From contig JAFGOA010000079.1 in NCBI GenBank assembly GCA_016926735.1, positions 1 through 59,034 on the forward strand: DNA of 59,034 nucleotides, written 5' to 3'. This DNA comes from Promethearchaeota archaeon (GTDB taxonomy: Archaea > Asgardarchaeota > Lokiarchaeia > Sigyniarchaeales > SOKP01). The position numbers and the translations under genes are program-made. Numbering within the stretch: the first letter of the stretch is position 1; the number at the start of each line of letters is the position of its first letter. This document shows, in pieces, positions 47,551 to 57,402 of the stretch. The notes under the pieces were generated by a model. The model ran no database searches, had not been told where the DNA came from, and was given only the letters and a program-made list of their open reading frames with translations.

Positions 47551-49194
47551 ATTTTTGAAGGAGAAGGTTATTCTGATTATTTAGAAAGTATTCAAAATAT
47601 AAGAGATTCAATCTATAACATTAGTAAATTAACAAATGATGAAGAAAGAAGCAATGAAATTAGTAAAATAATTGATACAACAATACAATATTCAGATGAA
47701 ATCGTTGCAATAGGTGATCTTTTTGAAGCAGGGGAGTTATTATATTCCGTAGCAGAACTATTAGAAGATATAAGTTATACCAAAACTTTAGATTTATATA
47801 AAAGAGTAATTTCTTTTTGGGAAAAACAAATTGGTTCATTTCAAATGCAGGGTAAAATTCATGAGATAAGTGAATTATACCTTAGAATTGCTGAAATCTA
47901 TGGTGAAAAATATAAAGATTTCAATTTAGAAAAAGAGTATATTTTAAAGTGTATAAGATGCTTAAAACAAGAATCTAAATTATTGGGAGAATTCAAAGAA
48001 GGGCGAAAAATTGCCCAAAATTATCAAAATATTGCAGAATTGTATTTTAAATTATCTTATTTTAAAAAGGCAATAAAATTTTTTAAAAGAGTAATAGAAT
48101 TTGCAAAAATCTATAATTTTTATGATATTTTATCATATTCATGTAAACAAGTATCCATAAGTTATGAAGAATTAGATGATTATGAAAATTCGAAAAATAT
48201 ATTACTAGATGCAATAGAGTTCTTTACAGGAATTTATGAAGAAATAAAAGAAAAAAATGATAATTTATCCCTTGCTCAGATATGCCAAATAATTAAAAAT
48301 TTATATCAACAATTGGAAAATCCAGATCAATATATCTATTATTCAAAAAGAGAAGCTTCTTCATATATTAGTTTAGCTGAAGGATTAAAAAAAGAAGAAA
48401 AAGATTATTATAAAATAGCGAGATATTATCGTGGAGCAGCGCTTTGTTATAAGGAGATTGAACAGAACTTATTAGAATCAGCTTCTTGTTTCATTTTAGC
48501 AGGAAATTATTGTGAAAAAATTAAAGATTATAATCAAACAGCAATTAATTATATTGATGCTGCAACTATATTTAAGAAATTGAAAAACTCAGAATTAGCT
48601 TATAAGCATTATATGAAGGCTGGAGATAATTTTTGGAAAATTAAAAGTTATAATAGATCTACTGAGAGCTATCTTAATGCATATGATGTGGCTATGGAAA
48701 ATAATTTAGAATTTAACAGATTTGGTTTATTTAATCAAATTGTAAGATGTTTAAATATAATAGCGGAACATGGTCTTCAAAATAAACAATATTTTACAGC
48801 AGCTACATTAATTCTTGAAAGTATAAAATTTTATGAACAACTTGATACAGCTAAAGATTTTTTATTAAAAGAAATGATTAAAAATACATATAAATATTAT
48901 TATAGAGCAGCGAATACAAAAAAAATTAGTAATTCCCATATTATTCATTCTTATATCATCGCATCATTGTCTCTTATTATTATAGGAAAATTAGAGAAAT
49001 CCAAGGAAATTCTTTCAGAAATAGATTCAGAAGGGAGAACAATAGATTTGTTTAAACAAATGATTAATATAATCATAAAAAAAATACAAAATAAAGAAGA
49101 AATAGATATTAAAGGTTTTCCATTCCCTATTAGAAGGTTGATTGATAGTTCTGAGGATATTAAATACTTAATTAAGCTTTTCAAGAAATTATAA
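47551..49194 (+). CDS. Alpha-SNAP/TPR-like helical repeat protein (547 aa if ATT start)
   Basis: Repeats like ARYYRGAALCYKE, ASCFILAGNY, AINYIDAATIFKK, YMKAGDNF; frame open 98 codons upstream of ATG 47845 with no ATG/GTG/TTG; ATT 47551 follows GAGATGA. Confidence 0.75.
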   Translation: MFEGEGYSDYLESIQNIRDSIYNISKLTNDEERSNEISKIIDTTIQYSDEIVAIGDLFEAGELLYSVAELLEDISYTKTLDLYKRVISFWEKQIGSFQMQGKIHEISELYLRIAEIYGEKYKDFNLEKEYILKCIRCLKQESKLLGEFKEGRKIAQNYQNIAELYFKLSYFKKAIKFFKRVIEFAKIYNFYDILSYSCKQVSISYEELDDYENSKNILLDAIEFFTGIYEEIKEKNDNLSLAQICQIIKNLYQQLENPDQYIYYSKREASSYISLAEGLKKEEKDYYKIARYYRGAALCYKEIEQNLLESASCFILAGNYCEKIKDYNQTAINYIDAATIFKKLKNSELAYKHYMKAGDNFWKIKSYNRSTESYLNAYDVAMENNLEFNRFGLFNQIVRCLNIIAEHGLQNKQYFTAATLILESIKFYEQLDTAKDFLLKEMIKNTYKYYYRAANTKKISNSHIIHSYIIASLSLIIIGKLEKSKEILSEIDSEGRTIDLFKQMINIIIKKIQNKEEIDIKGFPFPIRRLIDSSEDIKYLIKLFKKL

Positions 49195-49219
49195 AGAATT
49201 AAACCTTTTTATATTTAAA

Positions 49220-49882
49220 ATGACAAGAAAAATATTAATAAGTTTTGATTTAGATTTTACTCTGATTGATAATCAAGAGGGAATTCTAAATTCTTTTAAA
49301 TATGTGTTTAAAGAATTTAATATTGCTGAAAAAATTAATGATGACTTTAAGAAAACGATAGGTTTACCATTAGAAATAGTTTTTAAGAATATATCTAATA
49401 TAGATCCGAAAGAATTAATTAATTCTTTTAGAAAATATTATGCTAAGAAAGGTATATATCAAGTAGTGCTTTTTCCTGAAGTGGCTAATATTTTAAACTC
49501 TCTCAAAAAACATAATATAATTCTTGGGATTGTAACTTCAAAAAAGCAAGAACTTGCTAAGAAATTATTAGAAAATCTACAAATAATAGAATATTTTGAT
49601 TTTATTATTGGAGAATCTTTAAAAATCAAATCCAAAACAGACTTAAACCTCAAGAATTTTTTTTTCCAAGAATATCCCAATTACACATATTTTATTATTG
49701 GGGATCATACAAGTGATAGAAAATTAGCAGAAATGCTCAATTGTAAATTTATTGGAGTATTAACAGGAACACATACTAAAGAGGAATTATTAAAAGATTC
49801 TTCTGTACCCGTTTTTATCCTTGATACTATCTCTCAGCTTTCTTTTAAAAAACTCTTTTCCTTTATGAAGGGGAATGAATAA
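49220..49882 (+). CDS. HAD family hydrolase (phosphoglycolate phosphatase-like)
   Basis: FDLDFTLID, GIVTSK, IGDHTSD, GVLTG. Confidence 0.88.
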   Translation: MTRKILISFDLDFTLIDNQEGILNSFKYVFKEFNIAEKINDDFKKTIGLPLEIVFKNISNIDPKELINSFRKYYAKKGIYQVVLFPEVANILNSLKKHNIILGIVTSKKQELAKKLLENLQIIEYFDFIIGESLKIKSKTDLNLKNFFFQEYPNYTYFIIGDHTSDRKLAEMLNCKFIGVLTGTHTKEELLKDSSVPVFILDTISQLSFKKLFSFMKGNE

Positions 49883-49893
49883 AAAAAGACATT

Positions 49894-51345
49894 TTATCTT
49901 GTTTTATATTCTATCATATAATCATCTGGAGTCCACTTTTCATCAATAAATTTCTTAATTCCAGAACTATCTCTTGGCCCCACCAGAACATAACAATCAG
50001 CCTCATCCTCTAAAGCTCCACTTAATCGAGCGGCCATGCCAGGAATAATTAAAATTCGGTGACTCACTTGATTAAAAACATCAAATTCTTTAACAGCCTC
50101 TCCAATTGCACTGGCACTAAATTGTCCTCCAGCAACAGCACTTTCAATACCTATTCCTTCACTATTGACAACTAATAACCAAGAATCTATATTTGCTCCT
50201 TTAACGTCAATTTCAACGGGAATTTTAGTTAATCTATAATTAGAAGTAACTAAAATAGGAGCATCTTGTTTTGGATCTCCGATTTTATATAATCCTGGAT
50301 CAACTGAAGGATATACTCTAGGATCAGAGAAAATACTTTGTCTGAGAGTTAATAAAGCTAATAAAGCCCAAATATCTTCTTTTTTTTGTCCTGTATGGAG
50401 TATGATTAAGGATGTATCATTTGAAATCATAATTGATCCCATAATCACTTCTTGATATTTATGTTTCCACAGATCTTGTTTTTTTTTAATTTTACCGATT
50501 TGAGACCAATATGCTGCGGGTACACCAATAATTGGCCATCCCACATTTTCATTTCCCTTTTCAATACCAGCAATTCTTAATTGTGTAATATTATCATAAT
50601 TTAAAGCAATATTACCTGCTCCAAAAAAAGTTCCTGGATCAAAAATAATCTCTTCAACACCTAAATTATTTAAACTTGCACTAAGAGACACTAATTCATC
50701 TAAATTATTTGAGGTAACTATTAATGGTAGATTGTTTTTTATGGAATATTGACCAAGTTGTTCCCAAGTATTTATAGTAGCAGCATATAATGCTGGTTTA
50801 TTATCCTTAATTTCATCTGCTGCACTAATCAATATCTGAGGATCTAGACAACATAATATTATCGGTAAATTTGTATTATCAGCAATTTTTTTTGCTGTAT
50901 TCTTAAATGTTGCACCATTTTTGGATACACATCTTAATGCAATACCATCTAAAGTAAGAGATTCACCCATTCTTTCTATTTTTAAATTTGTGAGATAGTT
51001 TACAATATTTATAATATCTTCTTGATTATCTGCAATTTCAATAAAAATACCGGTCTGGTTATAGAATGTTAATTGGTGTCGCATAAGCACTTCTTCCCCC
51101 CCAATTACAATTTTACGAGATCCTTTTCCGATTTGAACAGCTTTCTGAGGAGGGGTTATCATTTTTTTAAGTTTTAAATAATTCTTCTTTTGTTTCTGAT
51201 CTTTCATTAGATGAGTACAATCCTCGAGATTGATTCTCCTTTCTAAAAGGTCTGATGCAAAAGCCATACAAGTATCATATCCACACTCCTTACAATTGGA
51301 CTTATCAATAAGTGTATATATATCTAAGGGACTTGGTCTAGCCAT
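49894..51345 (-). CDS. cdhE: Acetyl-CoA decarbonylase/synthase complex gamma subunit (corrinoid Fe-S protein large subunit)
   Basis: NCKECGYDTCMAFA...C Fe-S motif, IGGEEVLMRH, IFSDPR, VTSNYRLT, IIPGMAA, VGPRDSS. Confidence 0.93.
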   Translation of the reverse strand: MARPSPLDIYTLIDKSNCKECGYDTCMAFASDLLERRINLEDCTHLMKDQKQKKNYLKLKKMITPPQKAVQIGKGSRKIVIGGEEVLMRHQLTFYNQTGIFIEIADNQEDIINIVNYLTNLKIERMGESLTLDGIALRCVSKNGATFKNTAKKIADNTNLPIILCCLDPQILISAADEIKDNKPALYAATINTWEQLGQYSIKNNLPLIVTSNNLDELVSLSASLNNLGVEEIIFDPGTFFGAGNIALNYDNITQLRIAGIEKGNENVGWPIIGVPAAYWSQIGKIKKKQDLWKHKYQEVIMGSIMISNDTSLIILHTGQKKEDIWALLALLTLRQSIFSDPRVYPSVDPGLYKIGDPKQDAPILVTSNYRLTKIPVEIDVKGANIDSWLLVVNSEGIGIESAVAGGQFSASAIGEAVKEFDVFNQVSHRILIIPGMAARLSGALEDEADCYVLVGPRDSSGIKKFIDEKWTPDDYMIEYKTR

Positions 51346-51528
51346 CTTTTATTATTATTCCTCTTTAATTAAATTATTAAAGTTAATATGTTTAATTTAA
51401 ATTCTATTTTCCATTAAAAATTTAGTTTTTTAATACTATAAATTTATACTATCATATATAATTACAGTGAAAAAATTAAAAAATCAAAGAAATCAAGTTT
51501 AGAAAAAGATAAATATAGTGAATCAATA

Positions 51529-52572
51529 ATGTCTGATAAAATTATTTTCTTACCCGGAAAGGTAAAATATGATATCCTTAAAAAAATGTTTGAGAAGTAT
51601 ATTTGGGATCTAAATTCCCAAGATAATAGGCTTATTGTTGGACCAAAAATAGGAGAAGATGCGGCTGTAATTCGAATGAATAATAATAAAGATCTAGTAA
51701 TAAAAACAGATCCAATTACATTTACATCTAATTTAATCGGTTATTATGCAGTAAATATAAATGTTAATGATGTTGTATCTATGGGAGCAGAGCCAAAATG
51801 GTTTTTATCAACAATTTTGTTACCAGAAAAAAATACGAATTGTAATTTGATTGAATCCATTTTTAAAGAAATTCATGATACGTGTAAATCTATGAAAATT
51901 AATATTGTGGGAGGACATACAGAGATTACAGAAAAACTTAATCGGCCAATAGTAATAGGAACATTAATAGGAGAAGTAGACCATAATAAGTTAGTTAAAA
52001 CTTCTGGAGCTGAAGAAGGTAATTTATTAATTTTAACTAAAGGGATTTTTATTGAAGGAACATCGATTATAGCTACAGAAAAACAAAGATATTTAGAAAT
52101 GAAAGGATTCGATGAACAATTTATAGAAAGATGTAAAAATTATTTATATAATCCTGGAATAAGTGTTATTAAAGAAGCACTTTTAGCAAACAAACATTAC
52201 AAAATAAAGGCAATGCATGATCCTACTGAAGGAGGATTATTTATAGGAATAGCAGAAATAGCATTAGCCTCAAATCTCGGGATAATTGTTGATGTAAAAG
52301 CGATCCGAATTCATTCTGAATCTAAAAAACTCAGTGAAGTATTTAACTTAAATCCTTATGGTACTATTACTTCTGGATCTTTACTAATCGTTATAGAGGA
52401 AAAAGATGGCGAGGATTTAATCAACTTATTATCGAAACATAATATTTATTCTGCAATTATTGGAAAATTTGTCGAGAAAGAAAGAGGGCTACTTTTAAAG
52501 GATTTCAATGGAAGATTAACACCACTAAAATACTCTGAAAAAGATGAAATTATAAAGGTTTTTAATGAATAA
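51529..52572 (+). CDS. AIR synthase-related (HypE/ThiL/PurM-like) protein
   Basis: GEDAAVI, KTDPITF, NDVVSMGAEP, GGHTE, MHDPTEGGL. Confidence 0.85.
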   Translation: MSDKIIFLPGKVKYDILKKMFEKYIWDLNSQDNRLIVGPKIGEDAAVIRMNNNKDLVIKTDPITFTSNLIGYYAVNINVNDVVSMGAEPKWFLSTILLPEKNTNCNLIESIFKEIHDTCKSMKINIVGGHTEITEKLNRPIVIGTLIGEVDHNKLVKTSGAEEGNLLILTKGIFIEGTSIIATEKQRYLEMKGFDEQFIERCKNYLYNPGISVIKEALLANKHYKIKAMHDPTEGGLFIGIAEIALASNLGIIVDVKAIRIHSESKKLSEVFNLNPYGTITSGSLLIVIEEKDGEDLINLLSKHNIYSAIIGKFVEKERGLLLKDFNGRLTPLKYSEKDEIIKVFNE

Positions 52573-52663
52573 TAGTAGAGATTGCTCAATTTTTATAGTA
52601 TATATTTAACGATATTGAATAAAGACTATATTATTAGAGTATGATTTTATTCCTTTTATTGGT

Positions 52664-53191
52664 CTAGATACTTTTTCCATTAAGCTGTGTTACTATTAAT
52701 GGTCCAAATTCCTTTACTTCTAAAAACCAAATAGCTTCACATAATCCTAAATCTCTCCATAACACAGACCTAATACAAGTTACTTTTTTTTTTACTATTG
52801 CACCACATCCACCTGTGAAATTTAAATATACAACACGAGAATTCTTAGTATTTAAATTTTTCATTCCCCCTTTTCCAATGATAAATTTTATTCCTAAAAT
52901 ATCCACAACTTCATTTTGTAGTGTATCCATTCTTTGGCTAGTGGTTGGACCTCCAGAAATAAAGACATATTCATCTTTACATTCTTTTGTTATTGGACCG
53001 CAATGATAAATTGCCAAACCTTGCAGGTTCTTTAATTCTTGAGGTAATTTATTTTTTTTAAATAATGCAATAATTCTTTTATGTGCTTGATCTCTAGCTG
53101 TAATAATCAAACCATTAAGAAAAATAATATCTTTCAGATTTAATAATTTTAAATCATTTGGAGTTACTGGTAAAGTAAAATTATGTATCAT
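52664..53191 (-). CDS. Fe-S hydro-lyase (class I fumarate hydratase/tartrate dehydratase) beta subunit
   Basis: TARDQAHKR, YHCGP, GPTTSQRM, IGKGGM, DLGLCEAIW, FGPL. Confidence 0.9.
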   Translation of the reverse strand: MIHNFTLPVTPNDLKLLNLKDIIFLNGLIITARDQAHKRIIALFKKNKLPQELKNLQGLAIYHCGPITKECKDEYVFISGGPTTSQRMDTLQNEVVDILGIKFIIGKGGMKNLNTKNSRVVYLNFTGGCGAIVKKKVTCIRSVLWRDLGLCEAIWFLEVKEFGPLIVTQLNGKSI

Positions 53192-54071
53192 ATGCCACCT
53201 CTCCTTCTTTATTTATTTCGAAAGATGCATATCTATGAGCATAACACTGAATAATTAACCCAACAGGATAACTAGCAGGATGTCGCATTGCTATTTCAAT
53301 ATGAACGTCTAAACACGTAATTTTTCCACCTAAACCCATAGTTCCAATATTTAATTTATTTATTTTTTCTAATAGTTCTATCTCAATACAAGCAACGTCT
53401 TTTCGAATATGTCTTTTATTTATTGGTCTTAATATAGCCTCTTTAGCTAATTTCATACAATAACTAGCATCACCTCCAATACCGATACCTATAATAATCG
53501 GAGGGCAAGGCATTCCTCCTGCATTTTTAATCACATTAATTACTTTATCTTGAAGTTTTTCTAATCCTTCTGAAGGGTTCAACATAAACAATTTTGAAAT
53601 ATTTTCAGCACCACCTCCTTTAGGTAAAACAGTAATTTTTAAAGTATCATTATTATTTTTAATCTTTAAGTAGATAGGAGGATAATTTTCACCAATATTA
53701 TTCTCAGGATTTTCATTTGTAATCGGATCAACACTATTTCCTCTTAAAGGAATTGTTTCTGTTGTTTTTTGAATTACTTTTTTAATTATATCTTTAAAAT
53801 CAGATATAAGTGGAAAATCACTTCCTAATTCTATAAAAAAGTTTAATACTCCTGTGTCTTGACAGATTGGGATTTTGTTTTCTGCTGCATATTCAAAATT
53901 TTCTAATATTAATTTTAATTGAGATTTTGGTATTTCAGATACTTCAGCTTTAAGAGATTTATTTATTAAATCGCTCAGATCATTAGGAATTTCAGTAGTA
54001 GCTTTTATAATTATACTTGATATAGCATCTTCTATTTTATTGACTAATTGAGATAAATCTTGATCCATCAT
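53181..54071 (-). CDS. Fe-S hydro-lyase (class I fumarate hydratase/tartrate dehydratase) alpha subunit
   Basis: PICQDTG, PKGGGAEN, PCPP, GIGIGG, MGLGG, HPAS, QCYAHR. Confidence 0.92.
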   Translation of the reverse strand: MMDQDLSQLVNKIEDAISSIIIKATTEIPNDLSDLINKSLKAEVSEIPKSQLKLILENFEYAAENKIPICQDTGVLNFFIELGSDFPLISDFKDIIKKVIQKTTETIPLRGNSVDPITNENPENNIGENYPPIYLKIKNNNDTLKITVLPKGGGAENISKLFMLNPSEGLEKLQDKVINVIKNAGGMPCPPIIIGIGIGGDASYCMKLAKEAILRPINKRHIRKDVACIEIELLEKINKLNIGTMGLGGKITCLDVHIEIAMRHPASYPVGLIIQCYAHRYASFEINKEGEVAYDT

Positions 54072-54261
54072 TTCTATTTTTTTTTATTTAATTTAATTTT
54101 TCACATAATTAATTAGTTTTTAATTTGAAATAATAAAATGAACTCTTAAATTTGATAGGAAACAAATAATCTTCTTTGGTAATAGAGTTTATGATTATTT
54201 TACTTTAAAGAAAAAAAGGATTAGATTAGTTCTAATAGATAAAAGATTAGAAATAAATTAA

Positions 54262-54768
54262 CTATGTAATATCAAATATTTCTAAAAAAGAAGAAAATTG
54301 AGTTTCTATGTTAATTAAAGGGATATCATAATATTTATCTTTTCTATTAGAGTCTGTGCAAATAAGACCAGATATAGCTTTTATATTTTCATTTAATTGG
54401 GGTTTTATCTCTTCTTCATCCTTAACACAAAGTATTGTAGGAAAATTCTTATCTCTAAAGCTTTCAATAAATATTAAATTAATGTTAAAGGGACTATCTT
54501 CTAGCCATTTAATTATATTTATAAAAGATAATTTATTTTTAAGAAAAATAGTAGTTTCACTATAAGAATTCTGAGTAATTGCTAGTAAGGCACCTGCTTC
54601 TTTAAATCTGTAAGTATCTTTTCCTTCTATATCAATTTTATGTTCATGTATAAACTTAATAACAGCACAATTCTTATTTAATTGCTTTTTCAATCTTTTA
54701 ATAGCGATTTCGATAAAATTAGTCTTTCCAGAATTAGAATAACCAATTATACTAATGATATTTAACAT
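54262..54768 (-). CDS. mobB: Molybdopterin-guanine dinucleotide biosynthesis protein B
   Basis: IIGYSNSGKT, VIK..H, D.EGKDTYRFKEAGA; likely start ATG 54768 (ORF track 54864). Confidence 0.85.
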   Translation of the reverse strand: MLNIISIIGYSNSGKTNFIEIAIKRLKKQLNKNCAVIKFIHEHKIDIEGKDTYRFKEAGALLAITQNSYSETTIFLKNKLSFINIIKWLEDSPFNINLIFIESFRDKNFPTILCVKDEEEIKPQLNENIKAISGLICTDSNRKDKYYDIPLINIETQFSSFLEIFDIT

Positions 54769-54953
54769 AAAATCTACCTTAAGATTCTTTATTTTTTTAA
54801 CAATATAGATATTACCATAATTATTTTTTAAAATAAGATAAAAATAAAGTGGGTTAATTTTCAAAAATGAACAGTATATTTAATAATACAATTTAATAAT
54901 ATAAAATTACATATTTATATTATAACTAATTCTCACAATTATTTTCTTTTATA

Positions 54954-56939
54954 ATGACGATAAAAAAAGAGATTTATGTATTTGATGCAAATTTTTTTAT
55001 CTGCATGATCTCTATCAATGCAAGAGATATTATTAGCCATCTTAAGAAGATAGCTTCAGATTTAAACTATGAGTTTTTTATTTCAAGTGTAGTTTTCGAT
55101 GAAATTAAAGTTATTGACTCTTTTAAAGAAGATTTAAAAAATATACTTGAAATTCGCGAGGTTGATCTCGCAAATATAGATCAAGTAAAGAAAAAATTGG
55201 ATAAAAAAAATATTAGATTTCCAGCTCAAGATAATGATCTTAGCCTTGTTGCTCTTTCAAATGAATTATTAGAGGAGTTAGGAATAGATGAAATTCATTT
55301 AGTTACAGATGATTTTAAATTAGCAAAAAATACATCTATGCTTTATCCAAGAGAAATCAATATTTTATCCCTTTCAAGTTTTTTATTAAAAATACATCGT
55401 AGCGCATCTAAATCTCAAATAAGAAATTATTTTAAGAATGTTTGGAAAAGAAGCTTAAATTATACTCTTGGATATATGATTGAAAGATCAAAGACATATC
55501 CAGCTGAAGATAAAATTACTTGGTTAATCGAGAGAGCTGTTAGTGTAACTGAAGATTCGATTATATCCAAAGATTCACATTTAGAAGAACAAAAAATTAA
55601 ATTTGGTCATGGAGATTCAAAATATGAAGAGGATTTAAAAATAGCTGAACGATATATTGAAAATCAAAAATTAAATCGAAGTGATGAAGAAAAAGTAGAA
55701 AAGATTATTTCATTTCTTGAGAATCTTAAAATATCAAGAGAATATCTTAAACAAAGTAGAGAAGCAATAGTGAAAAATGATTCAAAAAGTGCTGTGAAAC
55801 ATCTAAAAAAAGGAAATGGATTTCTTGTATCATTATTACAAATAGCTTTAGGTCAACTTACTCAATTAAGAGATTATGAAATTGTAGAGAAGCTAATATG
55901 CTCAGAAATATCTAAAATGGAATTTTTAAGAGCATTTTTATTGGTTTCACTTGGTCATATCAATTCAGCTATTGATTCTTTAGAAAGAGCTGCTCTATTT
56001 TCGACAATTATATATAATTATCAAACTTGCTTAACTCTAAATTACGTTAAAGCTCTAATTCTTCTATTTCATGGTCTTTATGATCAATCTATCTTAGCAT
56101 ATAATTTTACGGAAGAACTCGCTGATGTATATAAAGATGATAAATTAAAATTGAAATGTGCTATAGGTAAGGCAATAGCATTATATATTCAAGGACATAA
56201 GGAAGATAAAGATAGTGCAATGGCTATTATGAGTGAAATATCTGAGATTAATCTTGAGGAAAATATGGTAGATGCGATGATTGTTTTTAGCGAACTAGGT
56301 GATTATTTCTTAGCTTTAGGACATTCACAACTTGCAACAAATCTCTATAATGAAAGTTTAGAAATGGCAATTGACGTAGGTCAAGATTGGAAAGCAGATA
56401 TATTGGTAGAAAAACTAAAGAGATCATATATTGCCACAGTAATAAATGGATATAATTCAGAAGATATTATCAATAATATAAATCTTTTAATGAATAAAGC
56501 ATATAATGTGAAAAATGTAGAAAAATATAATGATCAAATTAAAAAAATAGCAAGTTTTAATCAATTATTTTATGCACCCTTCCCTTATATAACAGGAGCA
56601 AAGAAAATTATCTCATATTCTAAAATTCCTAAAGAATTAAAAAAAGATTTCTTAGAAGTTGTACATTTCATTAAAGAAGAAAACAATCAATTATTATTTA
56701 TTATTTCCCATTATGAATTAGGATTATTAGCTGTAAGAGTTAAAACCGATCAAAATATCACTGGAATTGCAGAAAATTACAGTTTAAAAATAAAACCAAC
56801 AGCTAAAGTTAAAATTCGAAATCCTGAAGAAAGTTTAAAAGAGGTATATTTAATTCGAGCAATTATAGATATTCAAGGAAAAGATCAGTGTGAAATAAAT
56901 TATACTTTACCTGCTTTCTTTAAACAACTAAATTTATAA
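54954..56939 (+). CDS. PIN-domain ribonuclease fused to TPR-like repeats and a beta-rich C-terminal domain
   Basis: VFDANFF, VFDEI, QDNDLSLVAL, LVTDDFKL (PIN acidic residues); TPR-like AFLLVSLGHINSAIDSLERA, LGDYFLALGHSQLATNLYNESL. Confidence 0.8.
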   Translation: MTIKKEIYVFDANFFICMISINARDIISHLKKIASDLNYEFFISSVVFDEIKVIDSFKEDLKNILEIREVDLANIDQVKKKLDKKNIRFPAQDNDLSLVALSNELLEELGIDEIHLVTDDFKLAKNTSMLYPREINILSLSSFLLKIHRSASKSQIRNYFKNVWKRSLNYTLGYMIERSKTYPAEDKITWLIERAVSVTEDSIISKDSHLEEQKIKFGHGDSKYEEDLKIAERYIENQKLNRSDEEKVEKIISFLENLKISREYLKQSREAIVKNDSKSAVKHLKKGNGFLVSLLQIALGQLTQLRDYEIVEKLICSEISKMEFLRAFLLVSLGHINSAIDSLERAALFSTIIYNYQTCLTLNYVKALILLFHGLYDQSILAYNFTEELADVYKDDKLKLKCAIGKAIALYIQGHKEDKDSAMAIMSEISEINLEENMVDAMIVFSELGDYFLALGHSQLATNLYNESLEMAIDVGQDWKADILVEKLKRSYIATVINGYNSEDIINNINLLMNKAYNVKNVEKYNDQIKKIASFNQLFYAPFPYITGAKKIISYSKIPKELKKDFLEVVHFIKEENNQLLFIISHYELGLLAVRVKTDQNITGIAENYSLKIKPTAKVKIRNPEESLKEVYLIRAIIDIQGKDQCEINYTLPAFFKQLNL

Positions 56940-56977
56940 ATAAATTCTATTAAAATGATTTTAAAACAAGAAGATAA

Positions 56978-57250
56978 TTATTCCTTTCTTTCATCTTCTG
57001 CTCTTTGACTTACAAGACCTGAATGAACAGCGCAACTAATACATAGAAATTTTCTTTCTTGTCCACTTATGATTATTGTACCAGAATCTTTAAGTTCTTT
57101 ATGCATTCTACCATCAACTAAATTTGTTCTACGTCTTACTACTTTTGCTTTACTTCTTGCAACATGTCGTCCACATTTTGAACATTGAATCATTCTGTGT
57201 TTACCTTTGCTAGAGCCTGTTCTTCCACTACTTTTTCTTTTTTTTGGCAA
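56978..57250 (-). CDS. rps26e: 30S ribosomal protein eS26
   Basis: PKKRKSSGR, IQCSKCGRHVARSKA, LCISCAVH...QRA; likely start TTG 57250 behind AGGTGA (ORF track 57259). Confidence 0.93.
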   Translation of the reverse strand: MPKKRKSSGRTGSSKGKHRMIQCSKCGRHVARSKAKVVRRRTNLVDGRMHKELKDSGTIIISGQERKFLCISCAVHSGLVSQRAEDERKE

Positions 57251-57402
57251 TAATTTCACCTATAAAATTTTTCCTTTGATTTTTTAAATACTACAAATGT
57301 TAAAAATTTCTTCTTTTATTTAATTGATCAATATCTCCCTAATATTAATCTTAAAAAGTTCTGTATTTTTTATTGTAGATTAACATTTATATTGTTTATT
57401 TT

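Noticed and set aside
51529-52572. AIR-synthase-fold protein as selenophosphate synthetase SelD
   Set aside because: Lacks the N-terminal G(C/U)xxK active-site motif and the DFF motif of SelD; fits the generic HypE/ThiL-like group.
282-54565. Numerous 60-130 aa ORFs antisense to or nested in longer genes (e.g. 282-665, 2077-2280, 5297-5596, 20730-21065, 23191-23544, 35424-35744, 36010-36312, 41344-41664, 54356-54565)
   Set aside because: Shadow frames of well-supported genes; Phe/Ile/Ser-rich composition expected from the reverse complement of AT-rich coding DNA; no motifs.
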